Source of the DNA: Callorhinchus milii
Lineage: Eukaryota
NCBI RefSeq assembly: GCF_018977255.1
Contig: NW_024704742.1
Location: forward strand, 118,546,001 to 118,606,000
Direction: 5' to 3'
Length of the DNA: 60,000 bases
Numbering within the stretch: position 1 is the stretch's first letter; every line of letters starts with the position of its first letter. The position numbers were made by a program, and so were the translations under genes. This document shows, piece by piece, positions 11,199 through 21,675 of this stretch. Below the pieces are notes generated by a model. That model was not told the origin of the DNA, searched no databases, and saw only the letters and a list, made by a program, of their open reading frames with translations.

Positions 11199-13564
11199 CA
11201 CTATCACCGACAAGGCCATCTCTGACCACCACTTCATCTCCTTCACCACCTCCACCCCCCTCCCCACCTCCACCAGACCCAACACCATCTTCTACCGCCC
11301 CTGGAAGAAGTTACCCCCACAATCCCTAACCGCTGCCTTGGAGTCCTCTGAACTCCTCTCCCTCTGGCCTTCAACCCCTCTTCTCCTCTCACCCTCCTCC
11401 ACAACACCCTCTCCTCCACACTTGACACTCTTGCCCCCATCACCTCCCGTACTATCTCCTACTCTTTCTCCTCCCCCTGGTTCACCACCACCTCCGCTCA
11501 CTGAAGTGCCAGGTGCGGGCCGCTGAACGCACCTGCCTCAAATCTGGCCTAACGGTCCACCGACAAATCTGGCTGGACCTCCTCAAAATCTACCGCTCCA
11601 CTCTAGCCTCGGCCAAGTCGTCCTTCTACTCCAGGATAATCCTGGAGGCGAAGAACAACCCCAGGCTACTGTTTTCTACCACATCCCGACTCCTCCATCC
11701 CCCCCGCCACCCCGCGCAGGTCATCTCCTCCAACCTTCACTGCGAGGAGATGCTGGATTTCCTTGAATCCAAAATCAAGGGAATTCGCTCTGCGGTCACT
11801 TCCCCTCCAACATCCACCCACCCCCCACCCCCTCCCTCCCACACTCTGACTCCTACCCATCCTCCCCTACACACTTTTGTACCCGTTTCCCCACCCTCTG
11901 TCACCAAACTCATCCTATCCCTGAAACCCACCACCTGCTCCCTTGACCCCATCCCCACTCCACTCCTTATCTCCCAGCTCCACCTCCTTGCCCCACATAT
12001 CACAGACATCGTCAACCTGTCCCTCTCCTCTGGCTCTGTTCCCATTCCCTTAAAAACTGCCACCATCACTCCCACCTTGAAAAAACCCTCCCTTGATGCG
12101 TCGCAGCTATCAAGCTACCGGCCCATCTCCAACCTCCCCTTCCTGTCCAAGGTCCTGGAACGAGTTGTCGCCTCCCAGCTGCGCTCTTTCCTCTCCACCC
12201 ATTCATTATTCGAACCCCTTCAGTCAGGTTTCCGTGCTGCCCATAGCACAGAAACTGCCCTGGTCAAGGTCACCAATGACATCCTGACCATCTGCGACCA
12301 GGGCTCCCTCTGCCTCCTTGTCCTCCTCGACCTATCGGCAGCATTCGATACGGTCGACCACGCTATCCTCCTCCACCGCCTGTCCGCCCACCTCAACCTT
12401 CAAGGCCTGTCCTTGAGTGATTTAGGTCGTACCTCTCCCACCGTCTTCACTTTGTTTCCACGAATGGCTTTTCCTCCGGCCCCCGCACTGTCTCGTGCGG
12501 TGTCCCTCAAGGCTCTGTCCTCGGTCCCCTCCTCTTCACCCTCTATATGCTCCCCCTTGGTGACATCATGCGCAGACATGGGGTTAACTTCCACGTGTAT
12601 TCAGATGACACCCAACTCTACTTTTCCTCCTCTACCCTCAACTCCACGACCACCGATGTCCTGACAGTCTGCCTGTCCGACATCGAGTCCTGGACGAGAG
12701 ACAACTTTCTTCAGCTCAACGTGCGTAAAACTGAGGCCCTCCTGATTGGCTCACATCAGCGCCTCCGCACCTCAGGCGCTGACACCATCAGCATCCAAGG
12801 CTGCACTCTCCACCTCTCAAAGCCATCAGGAACCTCGGGGTTCTGTTCGACCCTGAGCTGTCCTTTCTCCCTCATATCCGCTCCACAACTGGCACTGCCT
12901 TCCATCACCTCCGGAATGTCGCCAAACTACGGCACTACCTCACCCCTCACGCGGCTGAAACTCTGGTCCACACCTTTATCACCTCAAGGCTGGACTATGG
13001 GAACTCTCTCCTCGTCGGCCTTCCCGGCACCTCCCTCCACAAGCTGCAGGTCATTCAGAACTCTGCAGCTCGTGTACTGTCCCGCACCAGGCTTCGGGAC
13101 CACATCACTCCCACCCTCGTTCACCTCCACTGGCTCCCCATCCCCCAGAGGATTGATTTCAAGATCCTCATCCTCACCTACAAGGCCATTCACGGCCTTG
13201 CTCCCTCCTACCTCTCCAACCTACTATCCCCCTACTTACCCGCCCGTACCCTCCGTTCCTCTGGCTCCGGTCTGCTCCACATCCCCCGCCCCAACCGCCC
13301 TACCATCGGTGGCCGGGCCTTCAGCCTATCAGCCCCGAGGCTCTGGAACTCCTCCCTTTCCTCCTTCAAGGCCGGTCTCAAGACCTTTCTCTTTGACCGT
13401 GTCTTCAGCTCCCCTCGCGACTCTCTACCCCCTCCTCGCTCCCTCCCTTCCCTCACCCTGACCATTTCCCCCCTGCTCGGGTCCTGACCCAACTGTAAAG
13501 CGCCTTGGGACGTCCTCCCAACGTGAAAGGCGCTCTATAAATGGAATCTTGTTGTTGTTGTTGT
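11199..13564 (+). mobile_element. L2-clade LINE, 5'-truncated, comparatively young (end of APE, RT domain, C-terminus, intact 3' tail)
   Basis: ORF 11513..12664 carries YRPISNLPFLSKVLE, QSGFRAAHSTETAL and LLDLSAAFDTVDH; the next frame has [11 protein letters not shown]. Few frameshifts. Tail gcgccttgggacgtcctcccaacgtgaaaggcgctctataaatggaatc(ttg)n. Confidence 0.97.
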
Positions 13565-13864
13565 TTTGTTTTCTCTCTGCATGAGCCAATCTAATCTCAC
13601 TCTCCTTTCACTTAAAACCACGATATTGAAATTTTAAGATCGTGCATAAATTTGGGGGAATACTTAAATTTTGGAAATTGATTTTCCAAGCGCTGAATTC
13701 CAAATTAAAACTGAATTTGAAGATTTTTCCAAATAAAATCGACTTGGTCTTAAATTTTAAGACTACGACCATAAGATTGACTATGTGGAATTCGAGGCCT
13801 TTGAAGAAGTTCAGATAATTTGTCAAATTTATTGTCTAACCCTCTTGTCTGGTTTGTTCTGCAG

Positions 13865-14015
13865 ATCTCCATTGAGAACGATTATCTTGGCCCACGCAGA
13901 ATTGAAGGTCTGAAGAAAGAGGATTTTAATTGGCAAAGGAAAGCCCACATGGCTGTCCTGTCCATCCAGGATTTGACGGTGAAGTACTTTGAGATCACAG
14001 CAAAAGCACAGAAAG
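13865..14015 (+). CDS. JMY: JMY internal coding exon (151 nt; probably equivalent to human exon 3), coiled-coil region
   Basis: Acceptor ...ttgttctgcag|ATC and donor AAAG|gtagc. Translates ISIENDYLGPRRIEGLKKEDFNWQRKAHMAVLSIQDLTVKYFEITAKAQK, closely matching vertebrate JMY as recalled. Phase 0 in, phase 1 out. Confidence 0.96.
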
Positions 14016-14126
14016 GTAGCGAACCCTGTGTGGTTTAGTGTAATCGGCGCTATCTAGATGACAGAAAGCAAAAGCACAAAACTGGGCCATTTGATCCTAT
14101 AAGTTTGTGCTGTTTTGATTTTTCTA

Positions 14127-14185
14127 CATGAGCCAATCTAATCTCACTCTCCTGTTTACTGAGGGCGAGATTAGATTGGCTCATG
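14127..14185. repeat. Inverted repeat/hairpin, 25-bp arms with a 9-nt loop
   Basis: catgagccaatctaatctcactctc (14127-14151) against gagggcgagattagattggctcatg (14161-14185), 23/25 Watson-Crick. Confidence 0.92.
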
Positions 14186-16679
14186 CGGAGGAGAGACCTA
14201 TAAAGGGGCTGAGATCGCAAACCATTTGTAAAGCTAAAACAATGACAAGCCTCTGATATGTGTTAATTGAATCTGCAAATGTGACATTTGGGTGGAAATG
14301 CTGGTTTTACCATCTACCTAATATTTCCCCACAATGGATTTTTAAATCTTGATATTTGTTGCTATGTGCAATACAATTCTCCTTCTGTCTTTCAAATCCC
14401 TATTCTTCCCCTTCCCACAATAACTGGCAAGCTTCCTGAACTATTCCAGAATATTACAATAATTATAATAAAGAAAAATAGGAGTCCAACATGTTTTTCT
14501 GTAGTATAGTGTAGTATATTGCACTGAATTCGGTTCTTATTGAAGGAGGTAGATCGTTGGGGTAAGAACACTACAGCAATTGGGTGTCTGCCATTCCTCC
14601 GTGAGATACAGTGCAGGAAAGGTGCAGGATAAACCTTTTCTGTATATTAGCATGTCTCAAATCTCATCCTTACAAAAGCTCCTCCTGCTCCATCAGAGCG
14701 ATATTTCCATTCCATACACAAGTAATCCTTGTGGCTTCTATGAATGAGACTGTCGAAGAGAAAGGAAGCTTTCATTCCTTCAGTACTGAGCTGGATTTGA
14801 ACTGAGGTCATTCTGCACCACATTGCATTCCCAGAAGTTTGTTATTTATAAACTAAAATGTACACTCGGGCTACTTTTATTTCACATTTTGAACTTTCAA
14901 GTGTGGTGTCTGTGACAGTCTTGCTAAGGTGAGTGGATGGGTCTATTTTAAACTCCTGTCTTGACCTTAAACGTCTGTTTAAATGACCACATCCACTCAC
15001 CTTAGAAAGCACTAAAAGAACTTTTGAGCATATTAAATTCCACACATCCTTTCCATAAGTGACCTCTGCAAACATTATATGGCGTCAATTACTATTGATG
15101 AAGTTTGTGAAATAGAAAAATATGAAAGACTATGTAACCTGAATATATGGTGAATCAAGATAGTTTGAGTTCATACCCAATAGTTTCCAACCTTTATTTG
15201 TGTGGAAAAACACCAATTCAGTCTTTAAATCACTACATTCCTTTTTCCGAAAAACTTGCCTTTGCGGTTTGTACAAATACTGTACTACTGTAACCACGTA
15301 ATACAAAGTGCAGTGTAACGATAGCTCGAATTGGCCACTTCCCATCAGTGAATACTGGCGAAAGATTAATGTGGTGACTGAGTCTGATATTAAGAACGAG
15401 TTATATCACATGTTTGTCTCTGTATGTGTTTGAGCATTTTATATCATCTTGCACAGAATGTTTGCTTTTAAGTTTGTATCTTGACATTGTGTGAGATTTG
15501 TCAGTAATTATTTGTATGGTTATTTGCTAAGACAATCAATGCCTGTAATCTTAACAGAAAATCTGTGGCTTGTGGGATTCACTGATTTACTTCTTTAGAA
15601 ATCTTTAATGTACAAATATTGATATGACAAAAAAGTTGAAGTAAAGGTGTTATGTCACTTTATGATTCTGCCATGTTCCGTTTTTCATTCTTGCATAAAT
15701 TGCAGGAAGTTGGCTCCTGTTACCAACCGTCTCAATTGCTGCCATTCATTCAACCATAATTTGAAGAAAGGCTACATTCCCTTTCCAGATTGCTAGCTCC
15801 CACCATTTCATACGGAACTCTGTGTATTTGGATTGGGAGAAAGATGTCCACCACAGCCAGGCTACCAACAAATATTAACAAATCCAGTTTTGAACAGTGA
15901 TCACTGGTGGGAGAATTCTCTATTGAGCAAGTACCTGTCTAATATAATAATAAAGTCTTTCGCCAGCTGCTTTCTACTTGTGGACCTGCAAAACATCAAT
16001 TGGGTTATCCTTACTTGGAAACTTACTGTGAGACCACGCTTTTAAAATGTATGCTTTTTTGGGACTTGTGGAAACCATGGATTAGCATTCAGCTCTTAAG
16101 GCCTGAAATTGTGCCTAATGGTTAGTCTGTAAGACCGTTTTGTCATAAAATTTAAATTGCAATGTAATTTTTCCACAGTTCTACACCATCTTAAATTTTC
16201 AGGCAAAATACTCTTGCAAGTTGAAACTCAGTAGATAGTTGGGCCTCTGAGCACAATTGATTGCACATTTGAGAGCAATAACTCACTCGTCACAATTCCA
16301 CGACCCAAACCATGGAGACGAGAACTGTTAAAGTGTTTTTTTGATGTTTTTGGCACAAAAGTTAGGTGAGCTTCATAAAAACATTACCCCACATTTTTAT
16401 TTATGCCTCACAAACAGTGCTTACTTTGAGCAAGTTGGTTGGTGATGTTTGAGGTAGAAGTAGTGATGACTGCTCAGACAGGAGAATAGGAACCTGAAAT
16501 GGGACTTAGAGAATTGGAATATATATTGTATGTTTTATACAAGATGAGGAAATTGTTGGGATTCCCTATAATGCAAATCAGTGAGTAATGCATGAGCCAT
16601 ATTTTTATAATCCACGGATTTTAATTCTGGTTGTTTATGCAGAGTGCTGAAGCTTCACTTCTTGCTGGAGACACCCATT

Positions 16680-16870
16680 TAATAATAATAATAATACAAT
16701 AATCTTTGGTATTTGATATAGGGCCTTATCATGTCATTGACTCTCAATGCTCAGAATATACTGTAAAGTGAATTGACTTGACTGTATGTTCTGTGGGCAA
16801 AACCCGGGAGCCAATTGCCCACAGCAGTGTCCCACAAACAATCTCGGATTGAGTAACCAAATTATTATTT
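16680..16870 (-). mobile_element. SINE 3' portion
   Basis: Reverse complement of the SINE body and tail, (AAT)n at left. Shorter minus-strand tails also at about 18350-18460, 23480-23552, 24555-24645, 58260-58385 and 59965-60000. Confidence 0.85.
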
Positions 16871-17177
16871 AAAAGAATTAAAAAATGTTGATGAGTTGAG
16901 TGCAGTCTGGCGCATGGCACTGATAATTTACAGTCAGCTGTTTTCACCATACTGTTTTCTACATAGCCATCTAGCAATAGCTCAGCCTTAGACTATTAGC
17001 TGATCACCAATTTGTGACTAATCTTTTTGAGGTGGAAAACACGATTTCTCTTTGGTCTGTCTGGCTCCAAAGTGACACACCTAGCGAAGGGAGGTTGTAG
17101 CTGAGTCAACTCTTGTGATCTCAGTGTTCCAATACCTAATCTAGGGAGGTCCCTAATACTGTACTCCTCCAGGGTAA

Positions 17178-17548
17178 TCATAGAATCATATAATTATACA
17201 GCAAAGAAGGAGGCCATTCGGTCCATCGTGTCTGTGCCGGCTCTTTGAAAAGAGCTATCCAAATCAGTCCCACCCCCCGGTCTCTCTTAGAAGTTGTTAT
17301 CGAATCGGCTTCCACCACCCTTTCAGGAAATGCATTCCAGATCCGAACAACTCGCTGCTTGAAAACATTTCTCCTCACCTGCCTTCTGTTTCTTTTAACA
17401 AATATTTTAAATTAGTGTCCTCAGGTTACTGACCCACCCGCCAGTGGAAATTATTTTTCCTTGTTCACCCTATCAAATCCCCTCATAATTTTGAAAACTT
17501 CTATTAAATCTCCTCTTAACCTTCTCTGGTCCAAGGAGAATAATCCTA
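17178..17548 (-). mobile_element. CR1-clade LINE 3' fragment
   Basis: ORF RRNVFKQRVVRIWNAFPERVVEADSI; CR1-type 3' end (ggccattcggtccatc... on +) with atcatagaatcata terminal repeat. Confidence 0.88.
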
Positions 17549-18575
17549 TAATCAGCATTGTTGGGCCACGGTGAGAGTAGACTGCCACTTTTGAGTGAGA
17601 TTCTTAGACTCTGTTTGATAACCTACATGTCACTGGCTTAATGGAGGAAGTAGTCTGGCTGGACAAGCAGTGTTCCTTGTGCTGAGTTATTTTAGCTAGT
17701 TAAATTCCAGTAGTACCCCAATATATCCTTCTTTCAGGGATTAGAATAGCTCCCCTGGGAAGAGATTAAGTATTCCAGAACTGAAAGACAAAAGCTTTAC
17801 TTTTGTGCGTTCTTAGTAGCAGAAATTAAAGACTCTTATTCACCACAGGGGTTTTAAACATGTGTCAGACTCTCAATTGACCAGAAAAAAACAAGCTCTA
17901 GTCTGTTCTTTGTGCTGCACTACAGACCTAGGAGTGCTGAGATAGCAGCATTCGGACTCTTGAGAAATCTACTATAAAAATCACAGCCAGTTTATTGAAG
18001 GTCATTCAGGAAGCTGCTTAGAGTCAAATATACAGCTTACTGTCATGTGTGGAGAAATGAGGATAACAAAAAGAGATTTAAAGCCACTGGAACATAATTA
18101 TTGGCTGGAATGTTACTTCTAGATGCCAAGGACCCAAATTCTTCCTGTTCGTAAACGATTGTCTTAAAATTTAAGATTGGGCTATTTTTTGGAAAATGAC
18201 CAAATCTGAATAGGGAAGCAGATTTTTTTTCCCCCACAGTTTGTTTTTTCTTCAGGTACTTAGGAAACTTTGGTTAAGGTACTGAGAAAAATTGGCTCTG
18301 GATTAATACCGCATGTAAAATAGTTTTCCATAATCTCCCATCTTCTGAAATAATAATAATAATAATACTTGCATCTGATATAGCGCCTTATGACGTCATT
18401 GATACATCTCAAAGCCCTTCACAGGATATATTGTAAAGTGATTATGTATTGTGTGGGCAAAGTTAAGAGTGGTTTTAAGCCATAAGAACATGAGGATCTG
18501 TGGACCTCAGGAGCTGCTGTGACTATTGATTGCTTTGTGTGTCCTCTGACAGATCTTGCCTCTGTATGTTTTTAG

Positions 18576-18745
18576 GTGTGTACGATCGAATGCGTGCAGA
18601 CCAAAAGAAATGCGGGAAGGCTGCGTGGGCCATGGCAGTGGAGCGGATGGAGAAACTTCGATACGCGGTTGCTAAGGAAACATTGCAGCTGATGCGAGCA
18701 AAAGAGATCTGCCTGGAGCAGAACAAGCATGCACTGAAAGATAAA
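18576..18745 (+). CDS. JMY: JMY internal coding exon (170 nt)
   Basis: Acceptor tgtttttag|GT and donor AAA|gtaagt. Translates (G)VYDRMRADQKKCGKAAWAMAVERMEKLRYAVAKETLQLMRAKEICLEQNKHALKDK. Phase-compatible with both neighbours. Confidence 0.96.
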
Positions 18746-18767
18746 GTAAGTTTTTCTCATTTATATA

Positions 18768-18870
18768 ATAATAAATAATAATCCTCGCATTTGATATAGC
18801 GCCTTATCACGTTGTTGAGACGTCTCAAAGCGCTTCACAGAATATATTTAAAGTGACTTGACTGTGTATT
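18768..18870 (-). mobile_element. SINE 3' tail, about 25 nt downstream of a JMY donor site
   Basis: aataataatcctcgcatttgatatagcgccttatcacgttgttgagacgtctcaaagcgcttcacag. Confidence 0.85.
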
Positions 18871-18902
18871 CGAGAACACTTTTTAGGGAGTGGGGGAGGG
18901 AG

Positions 18903-19580
18903 GCAGCCGAGTGTCTAACACATGCAGAAACACATCACCATGATTAAGAGTATCCAAGCCAAGTTGAGATTTTCATGTATCCCACCTACACATGGAAATC
19001 CCAGAAATAGATTGCTGGAATAGAATGGGCACTTTCTCCATGGAGGGACACATCCTGCTTATCTAATTCCGGACGGTATTAGGAACAAGATGGCAAGGGC
19101 CAAGGCTTGGGGACCCCAGAGTGTCATTGGGGTACTGCTGGAGTCTAACCAGCTGAAACTGCATAGCTTGCCATTGATATTGCTGTCCAGCAAGCTTTCC
19201 CGCTGCTCGTCCAGCTAGGACCACCCTACCTGTTAGGTCTTTGGTTGTAGAGTTAACAGGAGCTGAGTGAGATGACTCCTTGACCCCGGTGACTGGTCTG
19301 CCTTTCCAGGTCCTGTCGATGAGCCAGGCTGGTTGTGCTGTCATCAGCAGTAACCTGGAATATTGCAGACCCACCTGGCTCAGGAACTGGACGACCGAGA
19401 CCACCACAGAGGGCTGACTTGATTCCGACATTCCATTGCTAGGCTTGTCACCTTGGAGCCAGTTCAGCTCCAAGGAGATTCGGGAGCACCATGGGCAGCT
19501 TTGCTTATTCAGATCTGCCACCGAGTTTTCCACTTCCCATTTTCTGGTTTGACATGATCTGCTCATCCGGGATTAACCTG
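18903..19580. repeat. Unclassified interspersed repeat, longest copy
   Basis: Shares blocks (catcaccat..taagagtatcc; catcctgctta.ctaattcc; tccagctaggaccaccctacc; agccaggctgg) with copies at about 3638-3750(rc), 17650-17720(rc), 30917-31266, 37945-38330(rc), 54327-54410 and 57698-57870. Confidence 0.75.
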
Positions 19581-21115
19581 GTCACCTCTACAATGTTCCC
19601 CTGTTAATCGCCAGTCTTTCAGCTTTTCACTGGCTGTCAAAGCTGCTTGTTTTAAAGACAGATTTCAACTGGTAAAGAGCTGAGTTAGAAAATAGATGTT
19701 GCCATTTCCAAAATAGATGGAAAGAGGGAAGAAAGGAGAGGAGGCAGGCAAAGGGTAGCAAAAAACAGAAAGTTGGGAAAAGGGAAAAATGAGACTGACA
19801 GATTGAACACAGAACAAAATGTTATGTTTTTATTTTAATTTGATATTTATATTTATGAGTTTAGTGGGTTTAAGTGCTCCGAGACGCCGTCCAGAGTGAA
19901 GGACTCTATATAAATGCGAGTTATTGTTGTTAATCATTTCTCTGAGGAAGCCACAACCTCATGATAGCAATTTTGCAAACCAGTGCTTTCTAATTAGAAT
20001 AATAAAGCTATCTTCAAAGAAACAGCAAATGAAAAGCTTGCGGTGTTATAGCAGCCTATCGGATCAAAACCTTTCAAAGCAATGTGCTAATGAATTAGGC
20101 TTTTTAGCTGTTGCTATTGTAGCTGTTTGTGCCAGCACAAAACAACCTTAATCTGGAAGATTGTTGCCAGAACACCAAAATAAACTCTCTTCTCTTTCTG
20201 AACACTGTAGTTTCATAGAATCTTTCATGTCCACCTTCTTATCCAGATGTGAGAGTGCTACCAACTGGGCCCCTTAATAGCTTTAATCTAGGATAGTTTT
20301 TTTTCACTGTCAGTGTGTGAGATGAAAGTTTACAGACCAGTCAGCTCTACAGCAAAGATGGGAGGTTCAGATGACATGCCAGCAGCCTAAGGATTAAACT
20401 AGGCGACAACAAATGAATGGATAAATGTAACTTGTGGTTACAGGTATTGGTAAGAAATGAGATTTTATTATACATCTAGTTATATTTGAGTTTCTATCAT
20501 TTACAGCTGTATTATTTATAATTTGATGAGGGAATTACCTATAAACATCTAGAGTTGTAAAGCTGTGTCATAAATCCTATAACTGACTGGGATTTAATTA
20601 TGTGAGCACTTTTAGACGTCCTCCCAACGTGAAAGGTGCTATATATAAATGTAAATTGTTGCGGTTGTCTTTGGTGATTGAATAAAGTTCAGACTCGCTC
20701 TTCCTACCTGATATATGAACCACTGCAATAAAACCTGACTAAAATAACCAGCACCTGATGGAACTGCTCTTGTTGGCTTCTGCCAATGAACAGGTGTTCA
20801 GATCAGTGCCAGAAGGTTCTTTGTTAAACTTTGATGTCATCATTAAATCCAGAGTGGCTAGTTTCTGAGCCTGTTCAATGTTTATTTGTTCTTAATAAAT
20901 GTCTGACTTTTTCATATGGGCTTTATACTAAAGCAACCCCCTCCCTATTTTTGTGATGCTATTGTGTATTTGTCCTCTTGTCGTGTGTCACAGATGCATG
21001 AAATGTGAGTGTTGGGCCAACAATATTTGCTCCACGTTTGCTTTTTCAGGTTTATCGCCAGTGATCAGTGTAAGGAAGTGTCTCAAGTTTTTGCACTTTG
21101 TTTCCTCTAATGCAG

Positions 21116-21281
21116 ATGCAGAGCCTTCAGAGTGGCACAGATGCCATAGCACGGCTGGTCCGGCTGGAGACTGATTATTATGACATGCAGCTTCAGTTGT
21201 ATGAGGTGCAGTTTGAGATCCTGAAATGTGAGGAGTTACTGTTAACAGCACAACTTGAAAGCATTAAAAGACTCATTACAG
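21116..21281 (+). CDS. JMY: JMY internal coding exon (166 nt)
   Basis: Acceptor ctctaatgcag|ATG and donor ACAG|gtacag. Translates MQSLQSGTDAIARLVRLETDYYDMQLQLYEVQFEILKCEELLLTAQLESIKRLIT. Confidence 0.96.
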
Positions 21282-21345
21282 GTACAGTAGAAAGTTGCAA
21301 TGAAAATGACTTGAGTAGGAGTGCAAGTTACCTTGGTGTGTTATC

Positions 21346-21675
21346 GTGGAGTCCTGTAGCTCAGTGGTTAGCGCACTCGCTTTGCAAGCGAGAGACCTGA
21401 GTTCAATTCCAGGCAGGGCGAAACCTTGGGCAAGTTTCCTTACTCCACACAGAGCCTAATAATAATCCCTCCAAAAACAAAAAACAATAATAAATTGGTC
21501 ATTTTCAATCTACGACTGTTTGTGGGACATTGCTGTGCGCAATTGGCTGCCGCGTTCGCCCACAAATATACAGTCAATTCACTTTGCAGTATGTTCTGTG
21601 AAGCGCTTTGGGACGTCCTCCCGACGTGAAAAGCGCTATATCAAAAGCAAGGATTATTATTATTATTATTATTAT
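21346..21675 (+). mobile_element. tRNA-Ala-derived SINE, full-length short form, young
   Basis: Head tcctgtagctcagtggttagcgcactcgc-tttgcaa-gcgag...gttcaattcc (anticodon-like loop with TGC); intact tail stem-loop and (TAT)n. Confidence 0.95.

Noticed and set aside
11513..13461. Long RT-containing ORFs as a possible domesticated gene or novel RT system
   Set aside because: Standard L2 ORF2, 5'-truncated, frameshifted and ending in the L2 tail. YSDD/YTDD in place of YADD is most simply explained by post-insertion mutation.
1..13864. Upstream JMY exons (N-terminal part)
   Set aside because: I found no segment encoding the expected preceding exon (…LLQPFRDMRELA…-like). The region appears to be one long intron, although a small diverged exon could be missed by eye.
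19063..19566. 167-aa minus-strand ORF
   Set aside because: No recognisable domain, lies in an interspersed repeat, and the ORF track shows no matching long ORF in the other copies.
21346..21422. tRNA-Ala-like cloverleaf with A/B boxes (also 2353, 3758, 33822)
   Set aside because: Each runs directly into a shared SINE body and LINE-type tail, with a poor acceptor stem. These are SINE heads, not tRNA genes.
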